A DNA stretch of 64,000 nt from Patescibacteria group bacterium (GTDB lineage Bacteria > Patescibacteriota > Microgenomatia > Levybacterales > UBA12049), in contig JBBTTO010000002.1 in assembly GCA_038064195.1 (NCBI GenBank), positions 333,356 through 397,355 on the forward strand. Direction: 5' to 3'. A program made the position numbers and the translations under genes. The notes below the pieces were generated by a model. It did no database searches. It was not told the DNA's origin and saw only the letters and a list, made by a program, of their open reading frames with translations. Below are positions 39,152 through 47,754 of this stretch, one piece after another (positions within the stretch are counted from its first letter, which is position 1; every line of letters begins with the position of its first letter).

Positions 39152-40420
39152 ATGAACAAAGTAAAAAAACTCCTTAAAGTACTCGGCCCCGGATTCATAA
39201 CCGGTGCATCAGATGATGACCCCTCAGGCATCGGGACCTACGCACAGACGGGGGCTATGTTTGGCTATAATCAGCTCTGGACGGCTCTTTTTTCGCTGCC
39301 TTTTATGACTGTCGTTCAGGAAATGTGCGGCAGGATCGGGATGGTAACCGGGACAGGGTTGGCCGGAGTACTGAAAATCCATTACACCCGCAAGGTTCTT
39401 TATATAGCCGTCGGGATATTATTTATTGCCAATACGATCAATATCGGCGCAGATTTAGGGGCAATGGCCGCATCAGCCCAACTGATCCTGGGTATCCCTT
39501 TTTGGGTATGGCTGCTTATTATTACCGCGACTACGATCTCGCTTGAGGTCTTTGTCTCCTATCCTGCCTATGCAAGACTGCTTAAATACCTGACTCTCTC
39601 GCTTTTTGCCTACATTGTCACAGTCTTTGTCATCAAGCAGGATTGGATGCATATTCTGTCGGGAACAATCATTCCGAGTTTTACTTTTAATAAAGATTAC
39701 CTGCTAAATATCGTGGCGCTTTTGGGGACAACAATTTCCCCTTATCTTTTTTTCTGGCAGGCAGATGAGGAGGTCGAAGAGGAGATAGAGCATCACCAAC
39801 TCCGTGCGATGGGAAAGGGTGTGCCGAGAATTACCAAGAGAGATATTCGGGAGATGCGACTGGATACGATTGTCGGTATGCTTTTTTCAAATATTGTGAT
39901 GTTTTTTATCATCGTGACGACTGCTTCAACACTGGGAGCACACGGGATAAAAGATATCCAAACAGCCGATCAGGCAGCTTCAGCCCTAAGGCCTTTTGCC
40001 GGGGATTTTGCTTTCCTGCTTTTTGCACTGGGGATCATCGGTACGGGGCTTTTGGCCGTTCCGATCCTGGCAGGATCTGCCTCGTACGCGATTTCTGAGG
40101 CTTTTAATATGAAAGCAGGATTGAGTAAACGATTTACTCAAGCACATGGGTTTTATGCGATAATTGCGCTTGCGACCCTACTCGGATTTTTGATCAACTT
40201 TACCTCAATTAAACCTTTTACTCTTCTCTATTACACGGCTATCCTCAACGGAGTTGCCGCTCCTCCCCTCCTGGTCTTGATTATGCTGACGGCTAATAAC
40301 TCAAAAATCATGGGGAAATATACCAATAACCGGACAGTCAATATGTTAGGGTGGGCTATAACAAGTGTTATGTCTTTGGCAGCCCTCGCTCTGGTTGCAA
40401 GCCTTATCTTCTTCAAGTAG
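39152..40420 (+). CDS. NRAMP-family divalent metal transporter (MntH-like)
   Basis: LGPGFITGASDDDPSGIGTYAQTGA signature and a polytopic membrane topology. Confidence 0.85.
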   Translation: MNKVKKLLKVLGPGFITGASDDDPSGIGTYAQTGAMFGYNQLWTALFSLPFMTVVQEMCGRIGMVTGTGLAGVLKIHYTRKVLYIAVGILFIANTINIGADLGAMAASAQLILGIPFWVWLLIITATTISLEVFVSYPAYARLLKYLTLSLFAYIVTVFVIKQDWMHILSGTIIPSFTFNKDYLLNIVALLGTTISPYLFFWQADEEVEEEIEHHQLRAMGKGVPRITKRDIREMRLDTIVGMLFSNIVMFFIIVTTASTLGAHGIKDIQTADQAASALRPFAGDFAFLLFALGIIGTGLLAVPILAGSASYAISEAFNMKAGLSKRFTQAHGFYAIIALATLLGFLINFTSIKPFTLLYYTAILNGVAAPPLLVLIMLTANNSKIMGKYTNNRTVNMLGWAITSVMSLAALALVASLIFFK

Positions 40421-40431
40421 AATGCCTCTGT

Positions 40432-41439
40432 ATGGATGATATAAAAGATAGATCACAGAAATTGCTCGAAAAAATAGATTTGGGACAAAAAAAGACGCGA
40501 ATCCTTGAGCTGCAAAAGGAAAGTGAAGATCCTGTTTTTTGGCAGGACCATAAGGCAGCAGGCGTGAAGATGAAAGAGCTCTCAACTCTGCAAAAAGAGA
40601 TTGAGGAGCTCGAGTTACTGCAGCTCTGGATAGATGAAGGGGAGATGGAGGAAGCGGGTAAATTACTTAAGAAATTAGAGACCCTCCTTTATTTTACTTC
40701 CCCATATGATGAGGGTAATGCGATTGTGGCAATTCATTCAGGTCAGGGAGGAACTGAGGCGATGGACTGGGCCGAGATGCTTTACCGGATGTATACGAGG
40801 TTTTTTGAGAAAAAAGGCTGGGGGTATGAAATTTTGGATGAAACTCCGGGTGAGGAAGCGGGGATTAAAAGCATTTCTCTGGCTGTTTCCGGCCCTTATG
40901 TGTATGGCCTTTTAAAACACGAAGCAGGGGTGCATCGTTTGGTCCGTCAGTCGCCTTTTAATGCTGATAAGCTGCGTCAGACATCCTTTGCCATGGTTGA
41001 AGTGCTGCCTCAGATAGATCAGGCAGGGGTGATTGAGATAAAAGACGATGAGATCGAATTTGATGCTTTCCGGGCAGGAGGACACGGGGGGCAAAACGTC
41101 AACAAAGTCTCGAGTGCAGTCAGGATCAAGCACATTCCAACCGGTATTGTCGTCACTGCTTCAGTTGAGAGACAGCAAAATCAAAATCGAGAGTTTGCAA
41201 TGAAGCTCCTTAAAGCTAAATTATGGCAACGGCAGGAAGAAGAGCGTCATAAAGAAGAACAGCGTATGAAAGGGGGGTATGTCACTCCCGGTTGGGGCAA
41301 TCAGATCCGCTCTTATGTCCTCCATCCCTATAAAATGGTGAAAGATTTGCGCACTGATGTCGAGACAGGCAATACAGACGCCGTCTTAGACGGTGATTTG
41401 GATCAATTTATCGAAGCGGAGCTAAGACAGTTGTCATGA
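40432..41439 (+). CDS. prfB: Peptide chain release factor 2 (no programmed frameshift)
   Basis: SPF tripeptide (RQSPFNADK), GGQ motif and the RF2 N-terminus in a single frame. No CUU UGA C frameshift site was found. Confidence 0.9.
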   Translation: MDDIKDRSQKLLEKIDLGQKKTRILELQKESEDPVFWQDHKAAGVKMKELSTLQKEIEELELLQLWIDEGEMEEAGKLLKKLETLLYFTSPYDEGNAIVAIHSGQGGTEAMDWAEMLYRMYTRFFEKKGWGYEILDETPGEEAGIKSISLAVSGPYVYGLLKHEAGVHRLVRQSPFNADKLRQTSFAMVEVLPQIDQAGVIEIKDDEIEFDAFRAGGHGGQNVNKVSSAVRIKHIPTGIVVTASVERQQNQNREFAMKLLKAKLWQRQEEERHKEEQRMKGGYVTPGWGNQIRSYVLHPYKMVKDLRTDVETGNTDAVLDGDLDQFIEAELRQLS

Positions 41440-41440
41440 T

Positions 41441-41484
41441 GGGGCAAAAGGGAGGAAGGAGAGAAAAGAGACAAAGGAGGACTG
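41441..41484 (+). repeat. Polypurine tract (GGGGCAAAAGGGAGGAAGGAGAGAAAAGAGACAAAGGAGG) 5' of the four-helix-bundle gene
   Basis: Roughly complementary to the polypyrimidine tract at 41854-41905. Confidence 0.4.
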
Positions 41485-41853
41485 ATGGAGAAGTCGGGAA
41501 AAGGATATCACAAGCTTATTGTTTGGCAGAGAGCTAGGGAGTTGGTCAAAATAGTATACGAGCATACAGATGCTTTCCCGAAGGCTGAAGAGTTTGGTTT
41601 GAAAGGACAAATTCGTCGTGCAAGTGTTTCGGTGGTCCTCAATATAGTAGAAGGCTATAGGAGATCTTCCAGAAAAGATTATATCCATTTTTTAACCATC
41701 GCCAATGGGTCGCTTTCTGAAACAGAAGCAGCTATGGAGCTTTCTGTCGACTTAAAGTATCTTACCGAAGCTAATTACGAGATACTTGAGAAAAAACGGG
41801 GTGAAGTTGCCTATTTATTGTATCAATTAATCAAAAGTTTAAAGGCTAAATAA
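41485..41853 (+). CDS. Four-helix-bundle protein (TIGR02436 family, the '23S rRNA intervening-sequence protein' family)
   Basis: YHKLIVWQRARELVKIVYEHTDAFPKAEEFGLKGQIRRASVSVVLNIVEG is the family signature. Confidence 0.8.
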   Translation: MEKSGKGYHKLIVWQRARELVKIVYEHTDAFPKAEEFGLKGQIRRASVSVVLNIVEGYRRSSRKDYIHFLTIANGSLSETEAAMELSVDLKYLTEANYEILEKKRGEVAYLLYQLIKSLKAK

Positions 41854-41905
41854 ACTCCCTTTGTTACCTTTGTCCCCTTTGCCCCTTTCTTCCCCTCTCT
41901 CGTGG
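41854..41905 (+). repeat. Polypyrimidine tract (CTCCCTTTGTTACCTTTGTCCCCTTTGCCCCTTTCTTCCCCTCTCTC) 3' of the four-helix-bundle gene
   Basis: Contains CCCCTTTGCCCC, the reverse complement of upstream GGGGCAAAGGGG-like sequence, and CTTTCTTCCCCTCTCTC matching GGAGGAAGGAGAGAAAAG. Confidence 0.4.
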
Positions 41906-41987
41906 GGTTGTCAAATGATCACAAATGTGGTTAACTAGATACTGTCTTGGAGCAAGTTCCGAAGGCGCGGGGAAGGTGAGATAAGCG

Positions 41988-42437
41988 ATGGAAGAAAAAA
42001 AAGAAGAATCATCCTCCTTGATGCACGATCTAAAGGAATCATCAACCGGAGAAAATCGTATGAAATTTATCGGAATTTTTATTATTGTCGTACTTCTGGG
42101 TGTAGGTACCGGGTATGGGTTAACAAAGGTGACGGGCTCCGGTCCAACTCAAGGAAGTGTCCCGGGTAGCTCAGCTCCTCAAGGGGCAACTTATGGTACG
42201 TCCAATACTAAGGATTACCCTGATGTGGCCGAGGGAGTACTTCGTAAAGGCGGTATAGAAGACGAAGGAGCTTTCCATTTGGAGCGTCCGGGGGGGGAGA
42301 GCCAGAATGTCTATATGACCTCAAGCAACGTCGATCTCGCGAAATTGGTCGGTAAAAAAATAAAGGTTTGGGGACAGACTCAATCTGCACAGCATGCCGG
42401 ATGGCTCATGGACGTTGGAAAAGTTGAGGTGCTATGA
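41988..42437 (+). CDS. Hypothetical membrane-anchored protein (first gene of the ftsEX operon)
   Basis: TM segment near residue 25. Its stop overlaps the ftsE start (ATGA). Confidence 0.45.
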   Translation: MEEKKEESSSLMHDLKESSTGENRMKFIGIFIIVVLLGVGTGYGLTKVTGSGPTQGSVPGSSAPQGATYGTSNTKDYPDVAEGVLRKGGIEDEGAFHLERPGGESQNVYMTSSNVDLAKLVGKKIKVWGQTQSAQHAGWLMDVGKVEVL

Positions 42438-43270
42438 TCCGACTACTAGAAGTAACAAAGACATACGGGACAGGCACATCTGCTCTGTCTGATATCTCCC
42501 TTTCAATTGACAAAGGGGAGTTTGTTTTTATAGTGGGACCTTCAGGCTCAGGTAAGACGACGCTTCTTCGCCTCTTAATTCGTGATATGACTCCGACAAG
42601 AGGTACTATCACTCTCAACAACGTTGATATCGGAAAGCTCTCAAACAAAAAAGTTCCTCAGCTTCGTAAGCAAATAGGAGTTGTTTTTCAGGATCTTAAA
42701 ATGCTCATGGACAGAACAATTTATGAAAATATTCTGCTTCCCTTGGAGATGGCAGGAATGGATCATAAAGAGGCTGAACAGAAAGTTCATAAGATATTGA
42801 CTCAAGTCGGGATAGAGGAGCATATGGAAAAATTCCCTATTCAACTTTCTGGCGGAGAGCTGCAGCGTGCAGCTATCGCGCGTGCGCTTGTGTTCTCACC
42901 TGAGATCCTCCTTGCTGACGAGCCGACCGGGAATTTAGATAATACGACATCATGGGAGATTGTAAAATTATTGCAGGATATTAATAAATTGGGAACAACA
43001 GTTATCATGGCCACACACAATTTAGAAGTGGTCAACAGTCTGGACAAAAGAGTCGTTGAGCTTGAAAAAGGCAAGATGACACGTGATACTAAGAAAGGTC
43101 CTTCGACAAGCTCAGGACAAGATGTAAAAGAGACTAAACATGTGAAGAAACCTGAAGAGAAGGAAGACAAAAAAGATCTGGAAAAAAAACCGGAAGTTGA
43201 GGAAAAAGATTCTTCGATAAATCTGCCTGCCGGCAGGCAGGACTCAGAACAAGGCAAACATAAACAATGA
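42434..43270 (+). CDS. ftsE: Cell division ATP-binding protein FtsE with a Lys/Glu-rich C-terminal tail
   Basis: Walker A, the LSGGE signature and Walker B. About 60 extra charged C-terminal residues. Confidence 0.9.
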   Translation: MIRLLEVTKTYGTGTSALSDISLSIDKGEFVFIVGPSGSGKTTLLRLLIRDMTPTRGTITLNNVDIGKLSNKKVPQLRKQIGVVFQDLKMLMDRTIYENILLPLEMAGMDHKEAEQKVHKILTQVGIEEHMEKFPIQLSGGELQRAAIARALVFSPEILLADEPTGNLDNTTSWEIVKLLQDINKLGTTVIMATHNLEVVNSLDKRVVELEKGKMTRDTKKGPSTSSGQDVKETKHVKKPEEKEDKKDLEKKPEVEEKDSSINLPAGRQDSEQGKHKQ

Positions 43271-44133
43271 AAACAACTAGTACAGCCTGGAAACACATTC
43301 GTCGCTCGCCGTATCAGGCATTGGCGGCTATCTTGATCATGATGCTGACCTTTCTTGTCGTCTCAATGTTCACGATGGTGATCGTCAGCTCCAGTCAAAT
43401 TATCTCTTATTTTGAAGCATCTCCTAAGGTAACCGCTTTTTTTAAGGAAGATACACAGCAGCCCACAATCGATGCCTTAGCTGACTCACTGAAAGCCACG
43501 GGTAAAGTCTCAAGTATAAAATTCGTCTCAAAAGAGGAAGCATTCAGGCGCTATAGCAACTGGAATAAAGATAATCCGGTCCTTTTGGATCTGGTCAATG
43601 CCGATGTCCTGCCTCCCTCACTTGAGATATCAACCTATAAAATTGAGGATCTGGATTCGATTGCGAAAGTCCTTAAAGATTCGTCCTATGTCTCAGACGT
43701 CGTATTCCTCAAAGACGTCGTCTCAACGCTTATCTCTTGGACTGATGCGATGCGTAAGATCGGTCTCGTACTCGTGATTATCCTTGTTATCGTCTCAATC
43801 TTTGTCATGACAACAATCATCGGCTTTAAGATCTCACAAAAGCGTGAAGAGATTGAGATTATGCGGCTCCTTAGTGCGACCAACTGGTATATCAGATGGC
43901 CATTTTTACTCGAAGGGATGTTTTATGGATTTTTAGGCGCGATGCTCGGCTGGCTGCTTACCTTCGGCCTCACTCTCTATGCGCGGCCATTCCTGCTCTC
44001 ATTTGTACGGGAAATCCCTCTCATGACCCTTTCTCCTTATTTCCTCCTTGCTTTACTCGGTCTGGAGATCGGATTTGCACTAATGCTTGGCGCGATCGCC
44101 AGCTTTTTGGCAGTTTTGCGTTATTTGAAGTAA
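43267..44133 (+). CDS. ftsX: Cell division permease FtsX
   Basis: 4-TM FtsX topology, translationally coupled to ftsE. Confidence 0.85.
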   Translation: MKTTSTAWKHIRRSPYQALAAILIMMLTFLVVSMFTMVIVSSSQIISYFEASPKVTAFFKEDTQQPTIDALADSLKATGKVSSIKFVSKEEAFRRYSNWNKDNPVLLDLVNADVLPPSLEISTYKIEDLDSIAKVLKDSSYVSDVVFLKDVVSTLISWTDAMRKIGLVLVIILVIVSIFVMTTIIGFKISQKREEIEIMRLLSATNWYIRWPFLLEGMFYGFLGAMLGWLLTFGLTLYARPFLLSFVREIPLMTLSPYFLLALLGLEIGFALMLGAIASFLAVLRYLK

Positions 44134-44143
44134 AATCATCCCT

Positions 44144-45418
44144 ATGAATAATGTCCTTCGCCGCTTATGGCTGATTAGTCTTTTTTTGGCCGTTATTTTT
44201 CTTGCTGTTCCTAAGATGCCTATCCTTGCCGAGCCTACTACCCCTACCCCGACCCCTACAGGAAGTGTAACACCAACTCCTGATAACTCAGGACAGGTCA
44301 ATGATTTGAATAATAAAATCAAAGAACTAGAAAGTAAGGTATCTGATCTTCAATCTCAGGAGAAGTCTCTCTCATCACAAATTTCAGTGATGGATAATCA
44401 GATTAAGCTGACACAGTATCGGATTGATTATACTAAGCAACAGATCACTCAGCTGAATGATGATATTAATACGGCATCAACAAAAATCAGCCATCTTGAT
44501 AGCTCCCTCACCTCAATTACCAAGACACTCCTTAACAGAATCTCCGCGACATATCAGCTGGGTAATGTTGAGCCTTTACAACTTCTACTCTCGTCGCAAA
44601 GTTTTACGGATTTTTTTGACCGTACTAACTACATAAAAATCGTTCAGGCACATGATAAAAAACTCATTTATAACACGGTCCAAGCCAAAAATGATTACGC
44701 AAATCAAAAACAAATCTTTGAGGATAAAAAACAGCAAGTCCTGGCTTTGCAAACACAGCTGGAGAACTATACTGCCCAACTCGATCAGGAGAAAATCAGT
44801 AAACAAAAGCTTCTCAATGAGACGCAGGGAAGTGAAGCAAATTATCAACGACTCCTGGCCCAGGCACGAGCACAGCTGGCGGGCTTTAGTCGCTTTACCC
44901 AGAGTCAGGGTGGCGCATCAATCTTAAGTGGTCAGACTGTTTGTGATGACTGGGGCTGTTACTACAACCAGCGTGATAGTCAGTGGGGAGGCAATGCTTT
45001 GAATGGCACTCAGTATACGCTAGCTAGTGATGGCTGTTTAGTTACTGCAATGGCAATGGTTTATACCCATTTTGGTCATCGCTCAGTTACTCCTCAGACA
45101 ATTAATAGTAGCTCAAATAACTTTGCATCTTATTATCCAGCCTATCTCAAATTCGATATCTCAGCCGATGGTGCTAATTACTCACGAGTCAGTATTAGTA
45201 GAGCGGAGATGGATAACCAGCTTGCCGCGGGTAATCCGGTTGTTGTTGGAATCAGTTATGATGGCGGACCAATATCAGATCATTTTGTAGTTATCGTGAG
45301 TGGATCAAATGGAGATTACTTGATGAATGATCCGTTTACTCCCAACGGACATCGAATTTCCTTTACCTCGAAATACTCAATCGGGAGTATTAACGATATC
45401 TATAAGGTAAATATTTAA
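44144..45418 (+). CDS. PcsB/EnvC-like FtsEX-associated peptidoglycan hydrolase: coiled-coil plus a C-terminal papain-like (C39/CHAP-type) cysteine peptidase domain
   Basis: Signal peptide and TPTPTPT linker, about 200 aa of coiled-coil, and a C-terminal Cys (DGCLVTAMAMV) / His (DHFVVIV) dyad. Confidence 0.65.
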   Translation: MNNVLRRLWLISLFLAVIFLAVPKMPILAEPTTPTPTPTGSVTPTPDNSGQVNDLNNKIKELESKVSDLQSQEKSLSSQISVMDNQIKLTQYRIDYTKQQITQLNDDINTASTKISHLDSSLTSITKTLLNRISATYQLGNVEPLQLLLSSQSFTDFFDRTNYIKIVQAHDKKLIYNTVQAKNDYANQKQIFEDKKQQVLALQTQLENYTAQLDQEKISKQKLLNETQGSEANYQRLLAQARAQLAGFSRFTQSQGGASILSGQTVCDDWGCYYNQRDSQWGGNALNGTQYTLASDGCLVTAMAMVYTHFGHRSVTPQTINSSSNNFASYYPAYLKFDISADGANYSRVSISRAEMDNQLAAGNPVVVGISYDGGPISDHFVVIVSGSNGDYLMNDPFTPNGHRISFTSKYSIGSINDIYKVNI

Positions 45419-45460
45419 TCTGAATTTGCTCCTTTATCCAACTGTGCTATTCTGTACAAA

Positions 45461-46339
45461 GTGAGATACTTCATTCAAGTTTTTTCTCTCAGCAGTTTCT
45501 TCTTTTTTGTCTCATTATTTACTACAAGTTCAGTTTTCGCTGCCTTTTCGTTAAATATTTCAAACATCAATCCCGATAATGTTTCTGATAGCGAACAAGA
45601 AGTATCAGTGACAATTTCTTTAACCGATTTGCCGAGTGAATCTTACTTTCGCGTCGGGTGGCAAGAATCCTCTGGAAAACCGTACTTCGGGTTTATAAAA
45701 AATGATAACGAAAGTTGGGTCAAAGTGGAGTCAAGTCAAGATTGCAAGAGTTACTATAAAGTCTCGGATTTGACCAAACAATCTATTACGATAATCACGA
45801 AGATTGGCCAGGATAATACTCCAACGAATGGATCCTATTTGTTGAAAGCTAGGAGATATACTGCGACTTGCTCGTCTGAAACAGACAGTGAATCTGTCTC
45901 TATCCAACTCAATCTTCCTACTCCCACTTCGACTCCGACTGATATTCCCACCCCCACACGTACCCCTACTCCTACGAAAGAACCGACTCCGACCAAAGTG
46001 CCAACCCCTACTAAGACGCCAACCCCCACCAAATCTCCGACAGCAACACCAACGTCAGCTGTCGTTAAACCTACTCCGACTAAGAAAGCGGCAAGTACTC
46101 AACCGTCAAGCGATAGCGAGGGGGCAGTCATAAGTGACTATCCGACTGCAGTTCTGGGTGTAAATACGAAAGCGGATACTCCTACTCCTTCTCCGACGCC
46201 TTCTCTTCGTGTAGCAAGCGCTCAATCTCCAGTTAGTCTTATTACGCTTATATTTTGCGGGGTAGGAGGAATACTCCTTGTTACCTGTGGTATACTCGTC
46301 TATCTAAAGAAGAAAAAAGGGGGTTTTAGCCGATTATGA
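45461..46339 (+). CDS. Surface-anchored hypothetical protein (signal peptide, PTPT repeat linker, C-terminal TM segment plus KKKK tail)
   Basis: N-terminal signal, TPTPTKxPTPTK repeats, and C-terminal LITLIFCGVGGILLVTCGILVYLKKKKG. Confidence 0.6.
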   Translation: MRYFIQVFSLSSFFFFVSLFTTSSVFAAFSLNISNINPDNVSDSEQEVSVTISLTDLPSESYFRVGWQESSGKPYFGFIKNDNESWVKVESSQDCKSYYKVSDLTKQSITIITKIGQDNTPTNGSYLLKARRYTATCSSETDSESVSIQLNLPTPTSTPTDIPTPTRTPTPTKEPTPTKVPTPTKTPTPTKSPTATPTSAVVKPTPTKKAASTQPSSDSEGAVISDYPTAVLGVNTKADTPTPSPTPSLRVASAQSPVSLITLIFCGVGGILLVTCGILVYLKKKKGGFSRL

Positions 46340-46758
46340 TAACAACACATAGTACAGAAGAGACGTATGCTTATGCCAAAAAAATTAGTGAGACACTCAA
46401 ACCGGGAGATATTATAACGCTGCAAGGAGATTTAGGAAGCGGTAAGACAACTTTCACCCAAGGTTTGGGTAAAGCTTTAGGTATTACCAGACCGATTACC
46501 TCCCCGACCTTTTTGTTCATAAAAAGTTACAGTATAGAAAAAGGCGTGATAAAAAAGCTCTATCATGTTGATCTTTATCGGATAGAGAAAGAGGAAGATA
46601 TCAAAGGTTTGGGTCTTATGGAAATGCTCTCTGATTCTGAAGCGATAACAGTTATCGAATGGCCTGAGAAAATGGGAAGTTTACTCCCCCAGAGAAGAAT
46701 TGCGTTAGAATTTGAATATGTTGATGAAAATACGAGGAGGATAGAAGTTAGGTCTTAG
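46336..46758 (+). CDS. tsaE: t6A biosynthesis ATPase TsaE (YjeE)
   Basis: P-loop LQGDLGSGKTTF, SPTF and LYHVDLYRIE motifs. Confidence 0.85.
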   Translation: MITTHSTEETYAYAKKISETLKPGDIITLQGDLGSGKTTFTQGLGKALGITRPITSPTFLFIKSYSIEKGVIKKLYHVDLYRIEKEEDIKGLGLMEMLSDSEAITVIEWPEKMGSLLPQRRIALEFEYVDENTRRIEVRS

Positions 46759-46790
46759 GCCTTGGATCGTAGGGTTGAATAGGATTTTTT

Positions 46791-47375
46791 ATGGATCAAA
46801 CTCTTGAAAAAGCAATTCAGGTATTAAAAAGTGGGGGGATTGTGATTTTCCCGACTGACACGGCCTTTGGCGTTGGTTGTCGAATTGATGATGAACGCGC
46901 AATTGAAAAGCTTTTTCGAATCAGGCAACGAGCGAGTAATAAGCCAACACCTGTTCTATTCTCGTCAATTGGTCAAGTGAAAGAGTATACTGAGAATTTT
47001 CCGGAGGGTGTTGAAGAGTTGATGGAGAAGTACTGGCCGGGAGCTTTAACAATTGTGCTGCCTGCAAATAAGTCACGGATTCCTAAACTGGTTCGTGGAG
47101 GAGGAGAAAATATCGGCTGTCGAATTCCATCCCATCCTGCAGTTTTGCAAATTATCAAAGAAGTAGGAGTGCCAATCCTGGGGACATCGGCTAATTTCAA
47201 TGGCGAGCCAACTCCTTATACTACCGAGGATCTTGACCCGAAGTTAGTTAATCTCGTTGATTTCGTAGTTCCAGGATTGACGTCTGTACACAAAGAATCA
47301 ACAGTTATAGATTGTACTCAGAAGCCATGGAAGATACTGAGACAAGGCTTTGTTGAATTAATAATTAAGAATTAA
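46791..47375 (+). CDS. tsaC: L-threonylcarbamoyladenylate synthase TsaC/YrdC
   Basis: YrdC fold motifs FPTDTAFGVGC...KPTPVL. Confidence 0.85.
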   Translation: MDQTLEKAIQVLKSGGIVIFPTDTAFGVGCRIDDERAIEKLFRIRQRASNKPTPVLFSSIGQVKEYTENFPEGVEELMEKYWPGALTIVLPANKSRIPKLVRGGGENIGCRIPSHPAVLQIIKEVGVPILGTSANFNGEPTPYTTEDLDPKLVNLVDFVVPGLTSVHKESTVIDCTQKPWKILRQGFVELIIKN

Positions 47376-47377
47376 GA

Positions 47378-47698
47378 ATGAAAAATATTGTTTTATCGAT
47401 AGACACATCACATCACAACAAGTTGATTGTTTCGCTTACCAAAGATGGAGAGAAGAAGGTTTTTGAAGAAGCATTTGATTATCATAAGTCACAGGGAGTT
47501 TTGCCGCTTGTTGAAAAGACACTTAAGAAGGAGGGTTTAGAGTTCTCCGACTTGACTGGGATTGAGGTCAATACCGGCCCAGGTTCTTTTACCGGCCTGC
47601 GCGTCGGAGTCACCATTGCCAACACACTGGCCACTATTTTGCAGATTCCTCTTAACGGGAAAACAGTCGGAGAATTAGCAGCCCCTGTCTATTCATAG
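47378..47698 (+). CDS. tsaB: Minimal TsaB (YeaZ) homologue, 106 aa
   Basis: LSIDTS ... NTGPGSFTGLRVGVTIANTLA matches the TsaB N-terminal half. The C-terminal half is absent. Confidence 0.7.
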   Translation: MKNIVLSIDTSHHNKLIVSLTKDGEKKVFEEAFDYHKSQGVLPLVEKTLKKEGLEFSDLTGIEVNTGPGSFTGLRVGVTIANTLATILQIPLNGKTVGELAAPVYS

Positions 47699-47754
47699 GG
47701 CAATTTATTTTTTGCAATTTGAAAAAGAAGCTGTCATAGTAGGTATATCTGCCT

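Noticed and set aside
40351-40431. Possible programmed +1 frameshift or upstream extension of prfB
   Set aside because: No CUU UGA C site is present. The extension overlaps the Nramp 3' end. The RF2 N-terminus aligns from the ATG at 40432 in a single frame.
46744-46790. The shared 12-mer GAAGTTAGGTCT plus the GATCGTAG and TAGGATTT motifs between the tsaE/tsaC junction and the yjjX upstream region, considered as a conserved regulatory module
   Set aside because: A single exact 12-mer match is expected by chance many times in 64 kb, and the motif order differs between the two sites. It is kept only as a weak note under the TTAGG-motif observation.
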